From Trichosphaerium sp. ATCC 40318 (lineage: Eukaryota; Protista; Tubulinea): DNA of 64,000 nucleotides. The notes under the pieces are model-generated. The model was not told the DNA's origin. It did no database searches and saw nothing but the letters and a program-made list of their open reading frames with translations. Position numbers and translations under genes: made by a program. This document shows positions 1 to 12,663 of this stretch, piece after piece (the first letter of the stretch is position 1; each line of letters starts with the position of its first letter). The stretch spans positions 62,001 through 126,000 of the forward strand of contig JALMLS010000017.1 in assembly GCA_038496445.1 (NCBI GenBank), given 5' to 3'.

Positions 1-1529
1 ATTTCCCTTTTAAGTTCTTGTAGATGCTCCACGTGTTACAGGAGGGAGTAGTGGAGGTAGTGCAGCGGCTGTAGCCTCATCTAGTTGCTTTGCGTACGTT
101 GTCACTAAGTCCTTTCTCTCTTTGATTTTGACAATTCTACAGTGCTCTTGGAAGCGACACAGGTGGTTCTGTGCGTATGCCAGCAGCACACTGTGGAGTA
201 GTTGGACTTAAACCATCTTATGGACGATTATCTCGGTAAGGGCTTAACACTAAGTTTGGTGTAATCATGATAATCTTTTAGTTATGGTCTAATTTCTTAT
301 GCGTCGTCTATGGATACGCCTGGAATAATGACACGGTCAGTTGAGGATGCTGCTTATATGTTAGGTATGTTATCTTCAATGGTTTCATGTAACCCTTATT
401 AATATTTATTCCAAACAAACAGACATTTTAAGCGGACATGATCCAAATGATCCTACATCAATTAATGTACCCAAAACGGAGTACTCCCAGAGTTTAACAC
501 AAGATACACAAATAGACTTGAAAGGCGTTACCGTGGGTATACCTATTGTGCGTACATTTTACAAGTAAGAGAATGCTAATATAGTCAAGGAATATAATAT
601 TGAAGAGCTTGATGACGAGATAAAACAGGCATGGGAAGGAGCTATTGAGAAATTACGTCAACGTGGAGCAAGTATTGTAGAAATATCTTTACCACATACA
701 AAAGATGCATTATCAGCATACTATATCTTGGCACCAGCTGAAGCAGCATCAAACCTATCAAAATATGATGGCGTTCATTTTGGTACAAACTAATCTTGCT
801 TTTTTCTTGTTTTGTTTATTCTTGGTAATACAGGTCATCGTGAAGAAGGCAAGACTTATGAAGAAATTGTACGCAACACGCGAACAGAAGGATTTGGATC
901 TGAAGTAAAGAGACGTATCATTGTGGGTAACTACGTACTCTCCCGGAAGTACGCTGTCACGTGTTCAAAAAAAAGCAAGTTTGTTGACCTTTGGAATTTT
1001 ATAGGTTGTATGACTCTTATTACAAACAAGCACAAAAAATAAGACGCCTTGTACAAAACGACTATACGCAGGCATGGGAAAATGGTGTCGATGTCATTCT
1101 AGGACCTACAACTCCTACAACTGCTCCATTGCTAAAAGATGTCACAACAGTACGTTTTACAGTAACCAAATTAATGAGCATAACTAACTTGGGTGATAAG
1201 GCTAGTGAAGCTAATCCAGCCTCAATGTACGAAATGGATATTTTTACTGTTCCAGCAAATATGGTAAGCAAGCAATTACATAGCTCCGAGTTGTTTAATG
1301 CTTTATGTAGGCAGGTATACCTGGTATATCTGTACCAGTAGGATTGAGCGCTAATGGATTACCAATCGGATTGCAATTACAAACAGAAATGCTTGGTGCG
1401 TACAAAAGAATCTTATCATGGTTAGCTGACATTTCTGACTTATTAGGTGAGGACAAGTTATTCAATCCTGCACGTGTTATAATGGAAGATTGGAATCAAG
1501 ACCACTATACGCGGCTTGCACAATTATAA
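1..1529 (+). CDS. QRSL1: Glutamyl-tRNA(Gln) amidotransferase subunit A (amidase), 5'-truncated, multi-exon
   Basis: Spliced exons give amidase signature [44 protein letters not shown], and GatA-specific [52 protein letters not shown]. Confidence 0.93.
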
Positions 1530-1650
1530 TAAAAACAGGAACATTTGAAAAGTCCATCCTTTTAAGTGTCTGGGAAATTTACTGAAAAAAAGCCGTTAAG
1601 TGTTGTTTTGGTCGTAGTTTTGACTTGATTGCCATCAAACACTTGTTATT

Positions 1651-2815
1651 ATGGCATCTAACAAAGGTTCACGCCTAATTACTGCTTTCCAGCTCTAAAT
1701 CATCCTAGTTGACTTTCACTCAATGGTTGTACTCTACGGTGGTAGGGATAACGTTAATATAGTCAAATTAGCGCCTAGAGAGATATTTAACAATAAACAT
1801 GGACATTTTCATCACGACGACATTGTCAACTGTAATTTCGGGGACAGAGTATGTAAAAACGCTATTACCAAAGGATAACAGATTATAGTTAGAACCAAGA
1901 AAAGGAAAGGGTTGGCTGGTCATTTTGCCACTCTCGCCGCTTCTTTGGCGCCTTGGATGCAATCGGCGCACCGAAATATTATACACAGCGGATATTGGCA
2001 TGATTGTCATGCGTCTTGGTTTGAAACCCGGCAGCAAGGTCATAGAATCCGGTACAGGCACTGGCGCATTATCATTTGCGATTTCAAATGCAATAGCACC
2101 AACAGGTCAACTACGCACCTATGAATATCACGAAGCGCGTGCAAAGAAGGCAAAGTACGTCGCTTGCCGTTTTTTCCGACTGAGAAGTTAATTCTGTTGT
2201 AGAGAAAACTTCAAAGAGCTCGGCTTGGATTGCATAACATCATTTCACTGTGACGCTTACAAGGACGGATTTGGCGTAACAAATTTTGCAAATGCTGTGT
2301 TCTTGGACTTGCCACAGCCTTGGTTAGCTCTACAAAACGCTAAAGATGCTATGAAGAGGAGAGGAACTCTTTGTTCTTTCTCTCCTTGCATTGAACAAGT
2401 TCAACAAACTGTTGTAAAGCTAGTACGTTGACAACATATCTCAGAAAATTATTTCAATGTACTTCGTTCCTAAAAAACTGACTTTCTCTTGTCTTCTAGG
2501 AGGAGCTTGGGTTTAAGGATATTTCTACACTTGAGTGTATTGTTCGCCCTTTTGATGTCCAATCTCATGGATGGATGAAGATCGCTCTTAACGCGGATGA
2601 AGAAGCAGAGTTATTGGCTAAAAAAGAAGAACTCAAAGAAAGAAAAAGAAAGCGTAAGAGATCAATTAATCCTGAAGGCAATGTCTACACCAAGCCTGTG
2701 CCAATGATAAGGTATGTTGTATTTTCATAAATTATAGCTTTGTATTTTATTTATACATTTGTGTAGAAGCCACACTGGGTTTCTAACATTTGCATCTCTA
2801 TGCAAACAGCCTTAA
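1651..2815 (+). CDS. TRM61: tRNA (adenine-58-N1)-methyltransferase catalytic subunit
   Basis: RRTEILYTADI, VIESGTGTGALS, AVFLDLPQPW, CSFSPCIEQVQ, terminal HTGFLTFA. Confidence 0.92.
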
Positions 2816-2969
2816 ATAATGTGACGCACAATTAAAAGAAAACACGAATAAATAAATAGGATTACAGTCACGTGAAAATTAGTAATATGCAAGCAACAAT
2901 TGTGTCATGAACTTACCCAAATAATTACCGTAATTGAACAGCTAACAACTCGTCACATCTTGCAACGAT

Positions 2970-4546
2970 ATGGTAGAGAATACTCGAGGATTGAATTCAT
3001 TGAATAGTCAGAGTACTCGCGTGCTCAGGTAGATCGCTATATTAAGCCTTATTTCTACAGTTGTGCACGTACATCACAACTATTACGATCATAATTACAA
3101 TATATCCTTGATTTCAAGGCCGTAGAAAGCTTAGCAAGCATGACAAACTGCATGACAATAGCCGAAACTGCGCTTGCCAAATATGCCGTAAGCGACCCTA
3201 CGAACGCTATGCACTGGGTTTCGTTTACAGTATGCTTTGAGGAGTGTAGATTAAACATAAACACGCTAAAAAATGCTTTTATGGCGGTGGTGTGCTCACA
3301 GGACAACTTGTGCGCGAGCTACAGTAAAACAAAGGATGGCACTTTACAAAAAAAATTTAATAACATAGATAGCATCAAACTGAGTGTAAAAGAGTTGCAC
3401 TACGACACAGAAGCAGAACTAGAGGCTCAACATGAAATATTACACAACGAATTATTACACTACACGCAATTGCCCCTTTTTAGGACATGGGTTTCGTATT
3501 GCGCGGAAACAAAGGGCTGTGCATACTTTAGTGTTGATATTCATCATCTTATTTGTGATGGTTTCTCCGTCCCGATGCTCATTTTCTACGTATTTAAGGT
3601 TTATAACCTTTCCAATACGTATTACATACCATCATGCGCTCTGAAAGGCCTTGGAATGTTGGCTGGACGGTTTTCTAGTCTATCAACTTTTTGTGCTGAA
3701 GAACGCAACGCTGTGTCGCGTATGAGCGAAAACGGCGGTAAACTCTTTGATAGTACTGATATTCAAAAGTACACTTCTTCCACGTGGGCCACCGATAGTA
3801 CTGTGTATGCAGAAGATGATTTTATGGTTACAACAATAGAACCGAGCAAGGAGATGATTGCAAACGCTAAACGGACTAGTATGACATTCAAACTTCCTCT
3901 GAATATTATCATGCTTTGTGCCCACCTATTGGCGCTACATAGGCTCTCTGATGACTCAAATAAAGAAAGAACTATGGCGTTCAGAATACCAGTTGCCCGA
4001 AGAGATAAAGCTCCTTACCAAATTGGGTATATTGTTGGGAATGTCATTGCCCAAATAAAGGTTGTACCAGGGATGAAATTGGGTGATATTCTTCAACACG
4101 TGCGAGACAGATTGAAGGAAGCAATGACGTATACAGTGATACCACACTGTCATATTGTAAAGAGATTAGATAAGACACAACCAAACTTGGAATTCAACTA
4201 TGTTCGTTTTGGAGCAACTAAGACTTACCTTGGAGATAAACCTTTCGGTAATTTTCTTGTCTTTGTCATTCTCTTTCATGCTTATGTGTATGTTTTAGGT
4301 TTTAAGCTTCGTCAGAATGTGGTTATGCTTGAAGATGGTCACAGGAAATCTTGGAGAGGTGATGAATACGAGATTGATATTTCTTTGATGGTGAATAACA
4401 GCGTACACCTCAACAAAATTATGTTTCAATACTGGACACGTAGAAATGCTTTCGTAGATGGCATGGCCAGACGTTTATTTGCAGTTATGGAAGAGTTGTT
4501 ATGCAGCTTTGCAAGTCAGTGTGACATACTACCTAGCAAGCTTTAG
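2970..4546 (+). CDS. Stand-alone NRPS-type condensation-domain / CoA-dependent acyltransferase, copy 1, C-terminal SKL
   Basis: 468-aa ORF with DIHHLICDG motif, PLFRTW, RIPVARRD..IGY; small upstream exons (ATG 2970, 8-nt exon 3061-3068) splice in frame; ends PSKL*. Confidence 0.8.
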
Positions 4547-5581
4547 TAATTAGCGCCAATTACAATGGTTAAAGTTCAGAGTAAAGTATATGTAGCGTAC
4601 TTGTAAACTACTTAGCCAAAACGTATTAGCACTCCTAGTGGTGCCTTATACTACAAACTGATTTTGAAATGTGAAAATAAAGTTGTTTATTTGCTTGGCA
4701 CGTGACTTAATTCAAACCAATGGGTGTACAATATCTCTGTGCGCTGAATAGCTAAAAGGGAATTTCTGCCACTCCAAATAGTGTCAGCCAACTTAAAACA
4801 TACTACAGAACACCAACTGTAAGTACAGCTCATAGTATAGAGAATTAAAAAAACGGTTTTGTTCGCACGATATGTTATGATACCTTTGACATGCTACACT
4901 ATTAACAAGTAACTCTGCCTGGTACTTGAAGGAGCACATACGCATGTAAGCTTTGCACTACATCATCAATTGGGTTTTTAACTACTTGTATTTGACACTT
5001 AGTTTTAGGTGTAACAGACTAACGAGATACTAAAGTTGATGTGCAAGTGCTATTCTCTACTTTCAAACAAATATGACCAAGTCTGTGCTTTGGCAGCCCA
5101 AATTCAATAGTAGTAAATAAGGCACGTGCTTGCTATTCATGACACTGTAGAACCAACAATAATACTACAGCATTACTTTAGTCTAAACACCTGGAATTAT
5201 CTCATGTCGGATAGTAAATGCCACTCGTATGGAAGCACAGCATATACCACATCGTTTTACAATATGCAAGTGTACATCGTTTTATTTTGCCTTTTTTAAG
5301 CAACCACAGGCACCTTACAATTGAGTTAACTCATAGCAAAGCTTCCAAAGCCAAACGGCAATACCCCAAAGTTAAGTTTTTCCAAGAGATGCAAAAGCAA
5401 CTCTTGGACACGCTAACCTGTCCATACGTTCTTTTTGACTATAGTTGCTGGTATTTCTTAAAGGGTTTTTGGGTTTGACAGGTAAGTAGCAAGACACCTC
5501 TACGCGAGTTACAATTGTCATGAACTTACAAAATAATTATCGTAATTGAACAGCTAACAACTCGTCACATCTTGCAACGAT

Positions 5582-7150
5582 ATGGTAGAGAATACTCGAG
5601 GATTGAATTCATTGAATAGTCAGAGTACTCACGTGATATAAATATAGCCTTATTTCTACAGTTGTGCACGTACATCACAACTATTGCGATCATAATTACA
5701 ATATATCCTTGATTTCAAGGCCTTAGAAAGCTTAGCAAGCATGACAAACTGCATGACAATAGCCGAAACTGCGCTTGCCAAATATGCCGTAAGCGACCCT
5801 ACGAATGCTATGCACTGGGTTTCGTTTACAGTATGCTTTGAGGAGTGTAGATTAAACATAAACACGCTAAAAGATGCTTTTATGGCGGTGGTGTGCTCAC
5901 AGGACAACTTGCGGGCGAGCTACACTAAAACAGAGGATGGCACTTTACAAAAAACATTTAATAACATAGATAGCATCAAACTGAGTGTAAAAGAGTTGCA
6001 CTACGACACAGAAGCAGAACTAGAGGCTCAACATGAACTATTACACAACGAATTATTACACTACACGCAATTGCCCCTTTTTAGGACATGGGTCTCGTAC
6101 TGCGCGGAAACAAAGGGCTGTGCATACTTCAGTGTTGATATTCATCATTTGATTTGTGATGCGTTATCCGTCCCGATGCTCATTTTCTACGTATTTAAGG
6201 TTTATAACCTTTCCAATTCGTATTACATACCATCATGCGCTCTGAAAGGTCTTGGGATGTTGGCTGGACGGTTTTCTAGTCTATCAACTTTTTGTGCTGA
6301 AGAACGCAACGCTGTGTCGCGTATGAGCGAAAACGGCGGTAAACTCTTTGAGTGTACTGATATTCAAAAGTACACTTCTTCCACGTGGGCCTCTGAGAGT
6401 ACTGTGTATGCAGAAGATGATTTTATGGTTACAACAATAAAACCGAGTGATGAGATGATTGCAAACGCTAAACGTACTTGTGCGAGATTTAAACTTCCTC
6501 TGAATATTATCATACTTTGCGCCCACCTATTGGCACTACATAAGATCTCCGGTGACTCAAATAAAGAAAGAACTATGGCGGTCAGAATACCAGTTGGCCG
6601 TAGAGATAAGGCTCCGTTTCAAATTGGGTATGTTGCCAGCAATATCATTGCCCAAATCAAAATTGTACGTCGGATGAAACTGGGTGATATTCTTCAACAC
6701 GCGCAACAAAGGATTAAAGAGGCAATGACTTATACAGCGATACCACACTGTCATATTGTAAAGAGGTTAGATAAGACACAACCAAACTTGGAATTCAACT
6801 ATGTTCGTTTTGGAGCTACTACTAACAATTACCATGGTAATAAACCATTGGGTACTTTTCTTGTTTTGTTTATACTCTTTGCCGATCACGTGTATGTTTT
6901 AGGTTTTAAGCTTCGTCAGAATGTGGTTATGCTTGAAGATGGTCACAGGAAATCTTGGAGAGGTGACGAGTATGAGATTGATATTTCTTTGATGGTGAAT
7001 AACAGTTCACACCTAAACAAAATTATGTTTCAATACTGGACACGTAGAAATGCTTTTGTAGATGGCATGGCCAGACGTTTATTTGAAGTTACTGAAGAGT
7101 TGTTATATAGCTTTGCGAGTCAGTGTGACGTCCTACCTAGCAAGCTATAA
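5582..7150 (+). CDS. Stand-alone condensation-domain protein, copy 2, C-terminal SKL
   Basis: Near-identical paralog of 2970-4546; DIHHLICDA; ends PSKL*. Confidence 0.8.
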
Positions 7151-7583
7151 AGTACTTGTTGTAGTGTCGTGTGACAAGGTTAGCTAAATAAATAATCGCC
7201 ACTAGTGCTTGTGTTAGCGCCACCTAGCTTATATACCAACTCCAAACAAGTCCAAGACTCCTGTCCCTCTACAATAACCCTCATGTAGCATACTTACGTT
7301 TTTCTGTTTTCAACCGGAATAAATAAATCCGCCGGCTTATTCGTAGTGTTTGCAATTTTTGTATTATTATCGTAACTAACCCACTACGTCATTGCGCTCA
7401 TTTTAAGACAAATTCAACGGAGAAAAATGTCCGTACCTATCTCCGTCGGTTCGTATGGACCGTGACTTAAACTCATAATTTCGTAAAGTTCAGCCTTTAC
7501 GGATCAAAAGCAGACTTTATAACACCTTAAAATCTCATTTCGACCATTGTATACGCGTATCTATCACCTCAAACGCTTTAACG

Positions 7584-9898
7584 ATGGATCTACATTCGAG
7601 AAACTTCATGATGCTCTTAATTGCTCTTATAATCGCTTGTACCATACCCACACATGCGTCTACGCTTTCATGGCAAAGTGTAAACCTGCTAGAACAAGAA
7701 TTCAATTCTACGTCAAACTCAACTGAAGAACTAGTATACTGTACTAGCTATCGTACTTGCGAAGAAGGCGAAGCATGTTTTAATAACACGTGTAGGCAAG
7801 TACCCATTTTATAACAAAGTCTTTTCTTCTTAAACTAGAGTAGCGTTTGCTTGAACGACGAGATGTGCAAAGCAGACAAGTCTGTCAACAGATGCTTCAT
7901 GCCATCAGATGGGAACATATGCAGTCATAAATATCTATTTACTGATGTACGTTCTCTACTCTTTAACAAAAAGTCACCTTTAAAAAAACTATTTATCAAA
8001 AAGTGGGAAACAGGCAACTTTGTTTGTCACGTGTCCTGGTGAGCATACGCCACTATTCCATCAATGAGTGGTAAATATTTTCAAGTTGGTTGCTCAAGTG
8101 GGGAACTGTTCACGTGGCAATAGCCCTTTGTTTTGGTTGTAGAAAACGATCATTTCTAGTATTGCGGCAACAACCTTTAACCCCAGTTTTAGATATCATG
8201 GCGTGATTTTATGACTATGTTCTTAGCGGCAGTAGGTGGCGCTGTTGCTAGTGCAGGAGGTACGCTTTTATATTTATGAATTTCTATCCGAGAAATTTCT
8301 ACGCGAAAGTAGTTAGAACTTTCACGTGACCGAAAAGGCGTTTTTGTAAACTAAGCAAAACTTTAAGGTATTGGAGGTGGTGGCGTGTTCGTACCAATTC
8401 TAATTATGGTGGCCGGATTTAGCGCTAGAGAAGCTGTCCCAATATCCAATGCAGTCATTCTTGGCGTTGTAATTACTAATAATATTCAAATGATGCGCAT
8501 GCATCACCCTACAGTAAGTTCTTGTGATAAATTACCTTACGTTCTTACACAAAAAAAGGCTGATAGACCTCTCATTGATTACGACCTCGCACTTGTGTTA
8601 CAACCGCTAGCACTGAGTGGTACTATAGTTGGTGTAGTTCTGAATCAAATATTCCCAGATTGGTTGACTCTCGCTCTTCTCCTTATCACTTTACTGGTGG
8701 CAGCCTATAGATCGTTTATGAAGGTAACCTAGAATAACACGTGATCAGTTTCTAATAATCCTAGGGCTTGGGGATGGCCAAACTAGAAAATCGTATAAAT
8801 AAACAAGGAAAGCAAGGCGACACTGAACTAGAAGATAAATCGAAAGGAGAAGACCCTGACACTGAGTCTGGTAGTACGCAATCAGACGCTTCAGATGAAG
8901 AAGCCGAGACAGAGCCCAAAGTAGCAAAGAGATTGCAAAAAATCCTTAAAGCAGAATCCATTCAGTACCCAATTGTGAAGATATTGCTTATGCTAGCCAT
9001 CTTGGCTGTATTGACTATTCACTCATTTATGAGCGGCGGAAAGAGAGGTTAGGGCATCACTCAGCAAAAAAATATACTAACGCGACTATTGTAGGTGGTA
9101 GTATTGTTGGCATAAAGACATGCTCTGCGGTGTACTGGCTAGTATACTTTGGTATATTTCCTGTCTTTCTAGGTTTTGTGTTCTTTATTGGTTTGTATCT
9201 CATCAGAAAAGAGAAGACGAAGAAAGCTGCAATAGAGTACAGCCACGCAGTATGCTATTGAAACAATCATTGTAATAATTAACTAAGTCTTTGTAATAGA
9301 AAGGAGACTTGAAGTGGACGATTGGAACAACAGTGCTTGTATCAAGTCTAAGCATAACAGTTGGTTTACTTGCTTCTCTTCTTGGTCTTGGCGGTGGTGC
9401 TATATTGTCACCTATTCTTGTATGTCACGTGACATAAGAACTATTTAATATTAACCATTATATAGTTCGAGTTGGGAGTTCTTCCTGAAGTCACAGCTGC
9501 AACATCCAGTTTCATGATTGTAAGTCTTCACAGTTTTTCTACCTTGAATCTTGTCCCTTATTTTTTTGTAGTTGTTTACAGCTAGTGCTGCATTAATACA
9601 GTTTGGTGTATACAAACGCCTAGTATGGGATTATACCTTGGCGTTCATTTTTGTAGGATTGATGGCGTCTGTTATAGGTACTGATATCACATGATGGATG
9701 ATCTTTTCTTATTTTTTATCAGGGCGCGTTGGTATCACTTATATCATCAAGAAATACAAGAAAAAATCCTGGATTGTTTTTGCTGTTGTAGCCATCCTTA
9801 TCTTGAGTGCTATATTACTCGTTGTAGTAGGACTTATAGATCTTGTTCAAGACATCAAGATTGGCGGACATCTCGGATTCACAGACTTTTGTAGCTAA
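7584..9898 (+). CDS. Sulfite exporter TauE/SafE family membrane protein with signal peptide and Cys-rich N-terminal domain
   Basis: ASAGGIGGGGVFVPILI, RPLIDYDLALVLQPLALSGTIVGVVLNQIFPDW, SLLGLGGGAILSP, GVLPEVTAATSSFM. Confidence 0.88.
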
Positions 9899-10029
9899 TC
9901 TATCATGGCGACTATCTAAAACACATTCAACTTTACCTGTACATAAAATTTTAGAGCGTAAATAAAGAGTAGAAAACAGAACTTAAAACAAACCGACGTT
10001 AAGTTTTTGTTAATCCCAAATACACCTAA

Positions 10030-11090
10030 ATGGCGGAAAGAAACCATCACAGTTGTAGAGATGATCACCATGAACACCATGGGCACTCCCATGGAGAGCA
10101 TTCACATGGCCATGGACACTCACACGGTTATTGCGATTAAATAATTAACCGACGCTCAATATCATTGTAGGAGGTGATGGAGACCACGATCATGATAGTC
10201 CTTACAGAGGCGCTGAATTCTCACTTTACAGGCGTGTATTCATTACTATTGCAATAAAAAGCTTCAAAAAGGCATAATTAACGAACGACTAGGCGTATTC
10301 ACCTAGATTCAGTCATTTGTTACAACGAAGAAACAAACGGCTCCGGAAAGACTGTTTTTAAGTCATGGGATGATCGTTTGGACAGAACAAAGGTATAAAA
10401 CGCTGTTTTAATTTATTTGTTTAACGAAATTCTCCAAAAGTTTGTGGAATCAGACGCTGACGAAGAATTACTCTTTTACATCCCGTATGAACTATAATAA
10501 GGTTTTATCCACTCTCATGTCATGAATAGATTCACAGGAGAAGTCAAACTCAAGAGTATTTGTGTAATAGGAGGTGGTGGCGATCAGAGTCCTTCCAAAC
10601 TAAGCGCGTAAGTTAAAGTTGAAAAAACATCATTGACTAAAGATTCGGTTAGTTTTATCAATAACGATCAGCTTGACTTTGACAGTGTTGAGGATACTAA
10701 GCCTCTACAAACATGGGATCTTAACCAAGATGGTACAGGTGCTTTGGAGTACCCTACACAGTGCGTAGCTTTTAAAGTCATTTGTTAAGCGAAAGTACAT
10801 CACGTGATTTGGATTTTTTTTGTTAATACCTTATGTTAGAATGGCAAAATTTGCCCGTGTTCGTAGTTTGACATTACACTTTAGCGCCAATTTTGGTGCT
10901 GAAGTAACCAAGATTTTATACATTGGCTTGAAGGGAGAGTATCGTGAGGTATGTTATTGGTTTTATACTTTAGAGGCTTACACGCGATTAGTTCAAGCGA
11001 CAAGCGGTTAATGTGACGTACGAGCTTCGCCCAAACCCAGCGGATAATAAAAATGTAAATATTGACGCAACAGGTCGCGCAGTACAATAA
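10030..11090 (+). CDS. PITHD1: PITH domain-containing protein
   Basis: His-rich N-terminus, FVESDADEELLFYIPFTGEVKLKSI, SLTLHFSANFG..TKILYIGLKGE, YELRPNPAD. Confidence 0.9.
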
Positions 11091-11219
11091 ACACAAAAGG
11101 TTCCTCTTATATGGGTTTTAAACAACGATAACAACATACCACTGAATTTTCCGGGTGGATTGACAGGTGTCACTATTCACGTGCACTTTATTTTTGTTCA
11201 ACAAGAGAATTGTTGTTGT

Positions 11220-12268
11220 TTACATGAATTGTTGTGTGTTAGATTTAGGTTGTGGTGCCTGAGTGTTTCCACGCGGGGCAGGCGTATTATTATTATTATT
11301 GTCTTGCGCACGTAACTTAGGTACCTAGAATAAGGTTAAAACAAGAAATAAACGTGGATAAATATGGAGGTTAGTATAAGTCAATACTCAGTTTTGATTA
11401 CCTGACGTCTTCGCGCGTTTATGAACCAATTGGAAATTTGATTTGATGTTAATTTTGTTTGTTTACATAAGTCTTCTTTTTCAGTTTCTGTAGGGTAAGG
11501 GTGATCCAGGTGCGCAATCAACCAATTTTTAAGTACATCTGTAGATTCCTGAAAAAACGAAAATATTAAAATATTTTTAACCCAATTCTACACTCACCTT
11601 TGGCAGGTTACCTCTACGTTTCTTGTGTGCTACTGGTACGAAATCTACATTAAATTGCTGGTAAAGAGGGCTCTTTTCTACAGTACCCTAAAAAGCTTGT
11701 TAATAGTAAAGCAGAAATTTCACAAAAACCCTTATTTGGTTTCCCTATACGCACAGATGCATTAATTTCATTATTCCACTCTACTTCTTCTGCGTCCAAG
11801 TAACTCAAATAATTTTGCTTGAAAGTATTACATGCTCTGAAAATATCCTAAACACAAAATCGAAAATTAGATTAAAAAAATCAATCGTTTTTATTTCCCC
11901 ACTATCACGTGCTTACTTCTTGAAGTTTTATACCAGTGTAAACGCATTGAAAATGCTGTAAAAGATAGTTTTGTCCTTCTTCACGATCCAGAATGGTTTC
12001 AACGTTTTGCTAGGTTTTGTATTGTTAACAGAATAAAACAGTCTGTGAAGTTCGAATAGAAAAAAAAAAAAAAACTCTAAATAACAAAAAGGAGAACAAC
12101 AATTTGTTTTTTCTAATTAACACAGTGGCCATCACTTACTCTGATTGTATCCAAAGCACCTCCATCATGTAGATTTGGTGGTGGTAGGTTTGAGATACCG
12201 AGCCTTTTATATCTATCAACAGCTTCAACTAGTAGCCTTGTAGTGTCTGCAATGTTTACGTTGGTCAT
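11220..12268 (-). CDS. TALE-class homeodomain transcription factor
   Basis: Reverse-strand exons give KKRRGNLPKESTDVLKNWLIAHLDHPYPTETEKEDLCKQTKLTSNQISNWFINARRR. Confidence 0.92.
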
Positions 12269-12663
12269 TTAATTTTTTCGCCTTTCTATTGAAAGAGTGA
12301 GCCGTTTATATTACTACTAGCGTCATCGATTTTTTGTTCACAGTAAAGGTGTAGCTAAGGTTTGTCGTTACTTGTGGCCGACATAAATTGTATACGCCCA
12401 TCAAACGTATACGTGATTAATGATTGAGGAAAAATGATGTGGTGACAGAATAGTGGACACTGCGTACCAGTTTTGATAGATGGGTGACTTTTGTATTTAT
12501 TTTGTAATTGAAATTACGAAAATTATTTTTTCCCCTGCCTTAAATGGGTAAAAGGTTAAGTGGTTGTATTTGTTGCTGTCGATTTAGTAACGGCACCAGA
12601 AACACATGATTTAGACAGTTCTTGGCTCAAAACATCAAAAAACAACAAATAACATCAACAAAA

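Larger units (their letters stand above)
2897..7150 (+). repeat. Direct tandem duplication of about 1.65 kb (about 2897-4546 and 5511-7150) with a unique spacer of about 1 kb
   Basis: Shared upstream sequence (gtaattgaacagctaacaactcgtcacatcttgcaacgatatggtag) and coding region; similarity stops at the stop codon. Confidence 0.95.

Noticed and set aside
3055-6754. Duplicated minus-strand ORFs (3055-3306, 3683-3925, 3956-4153 and their copies)
   Set aside because: Antisense shadows of the duplicated C-domain genes
10030-10126. His-rich tract as a novel metal-binding peptide
   Set aside because: His-rich N-termini are usual in PITHD1 homologs
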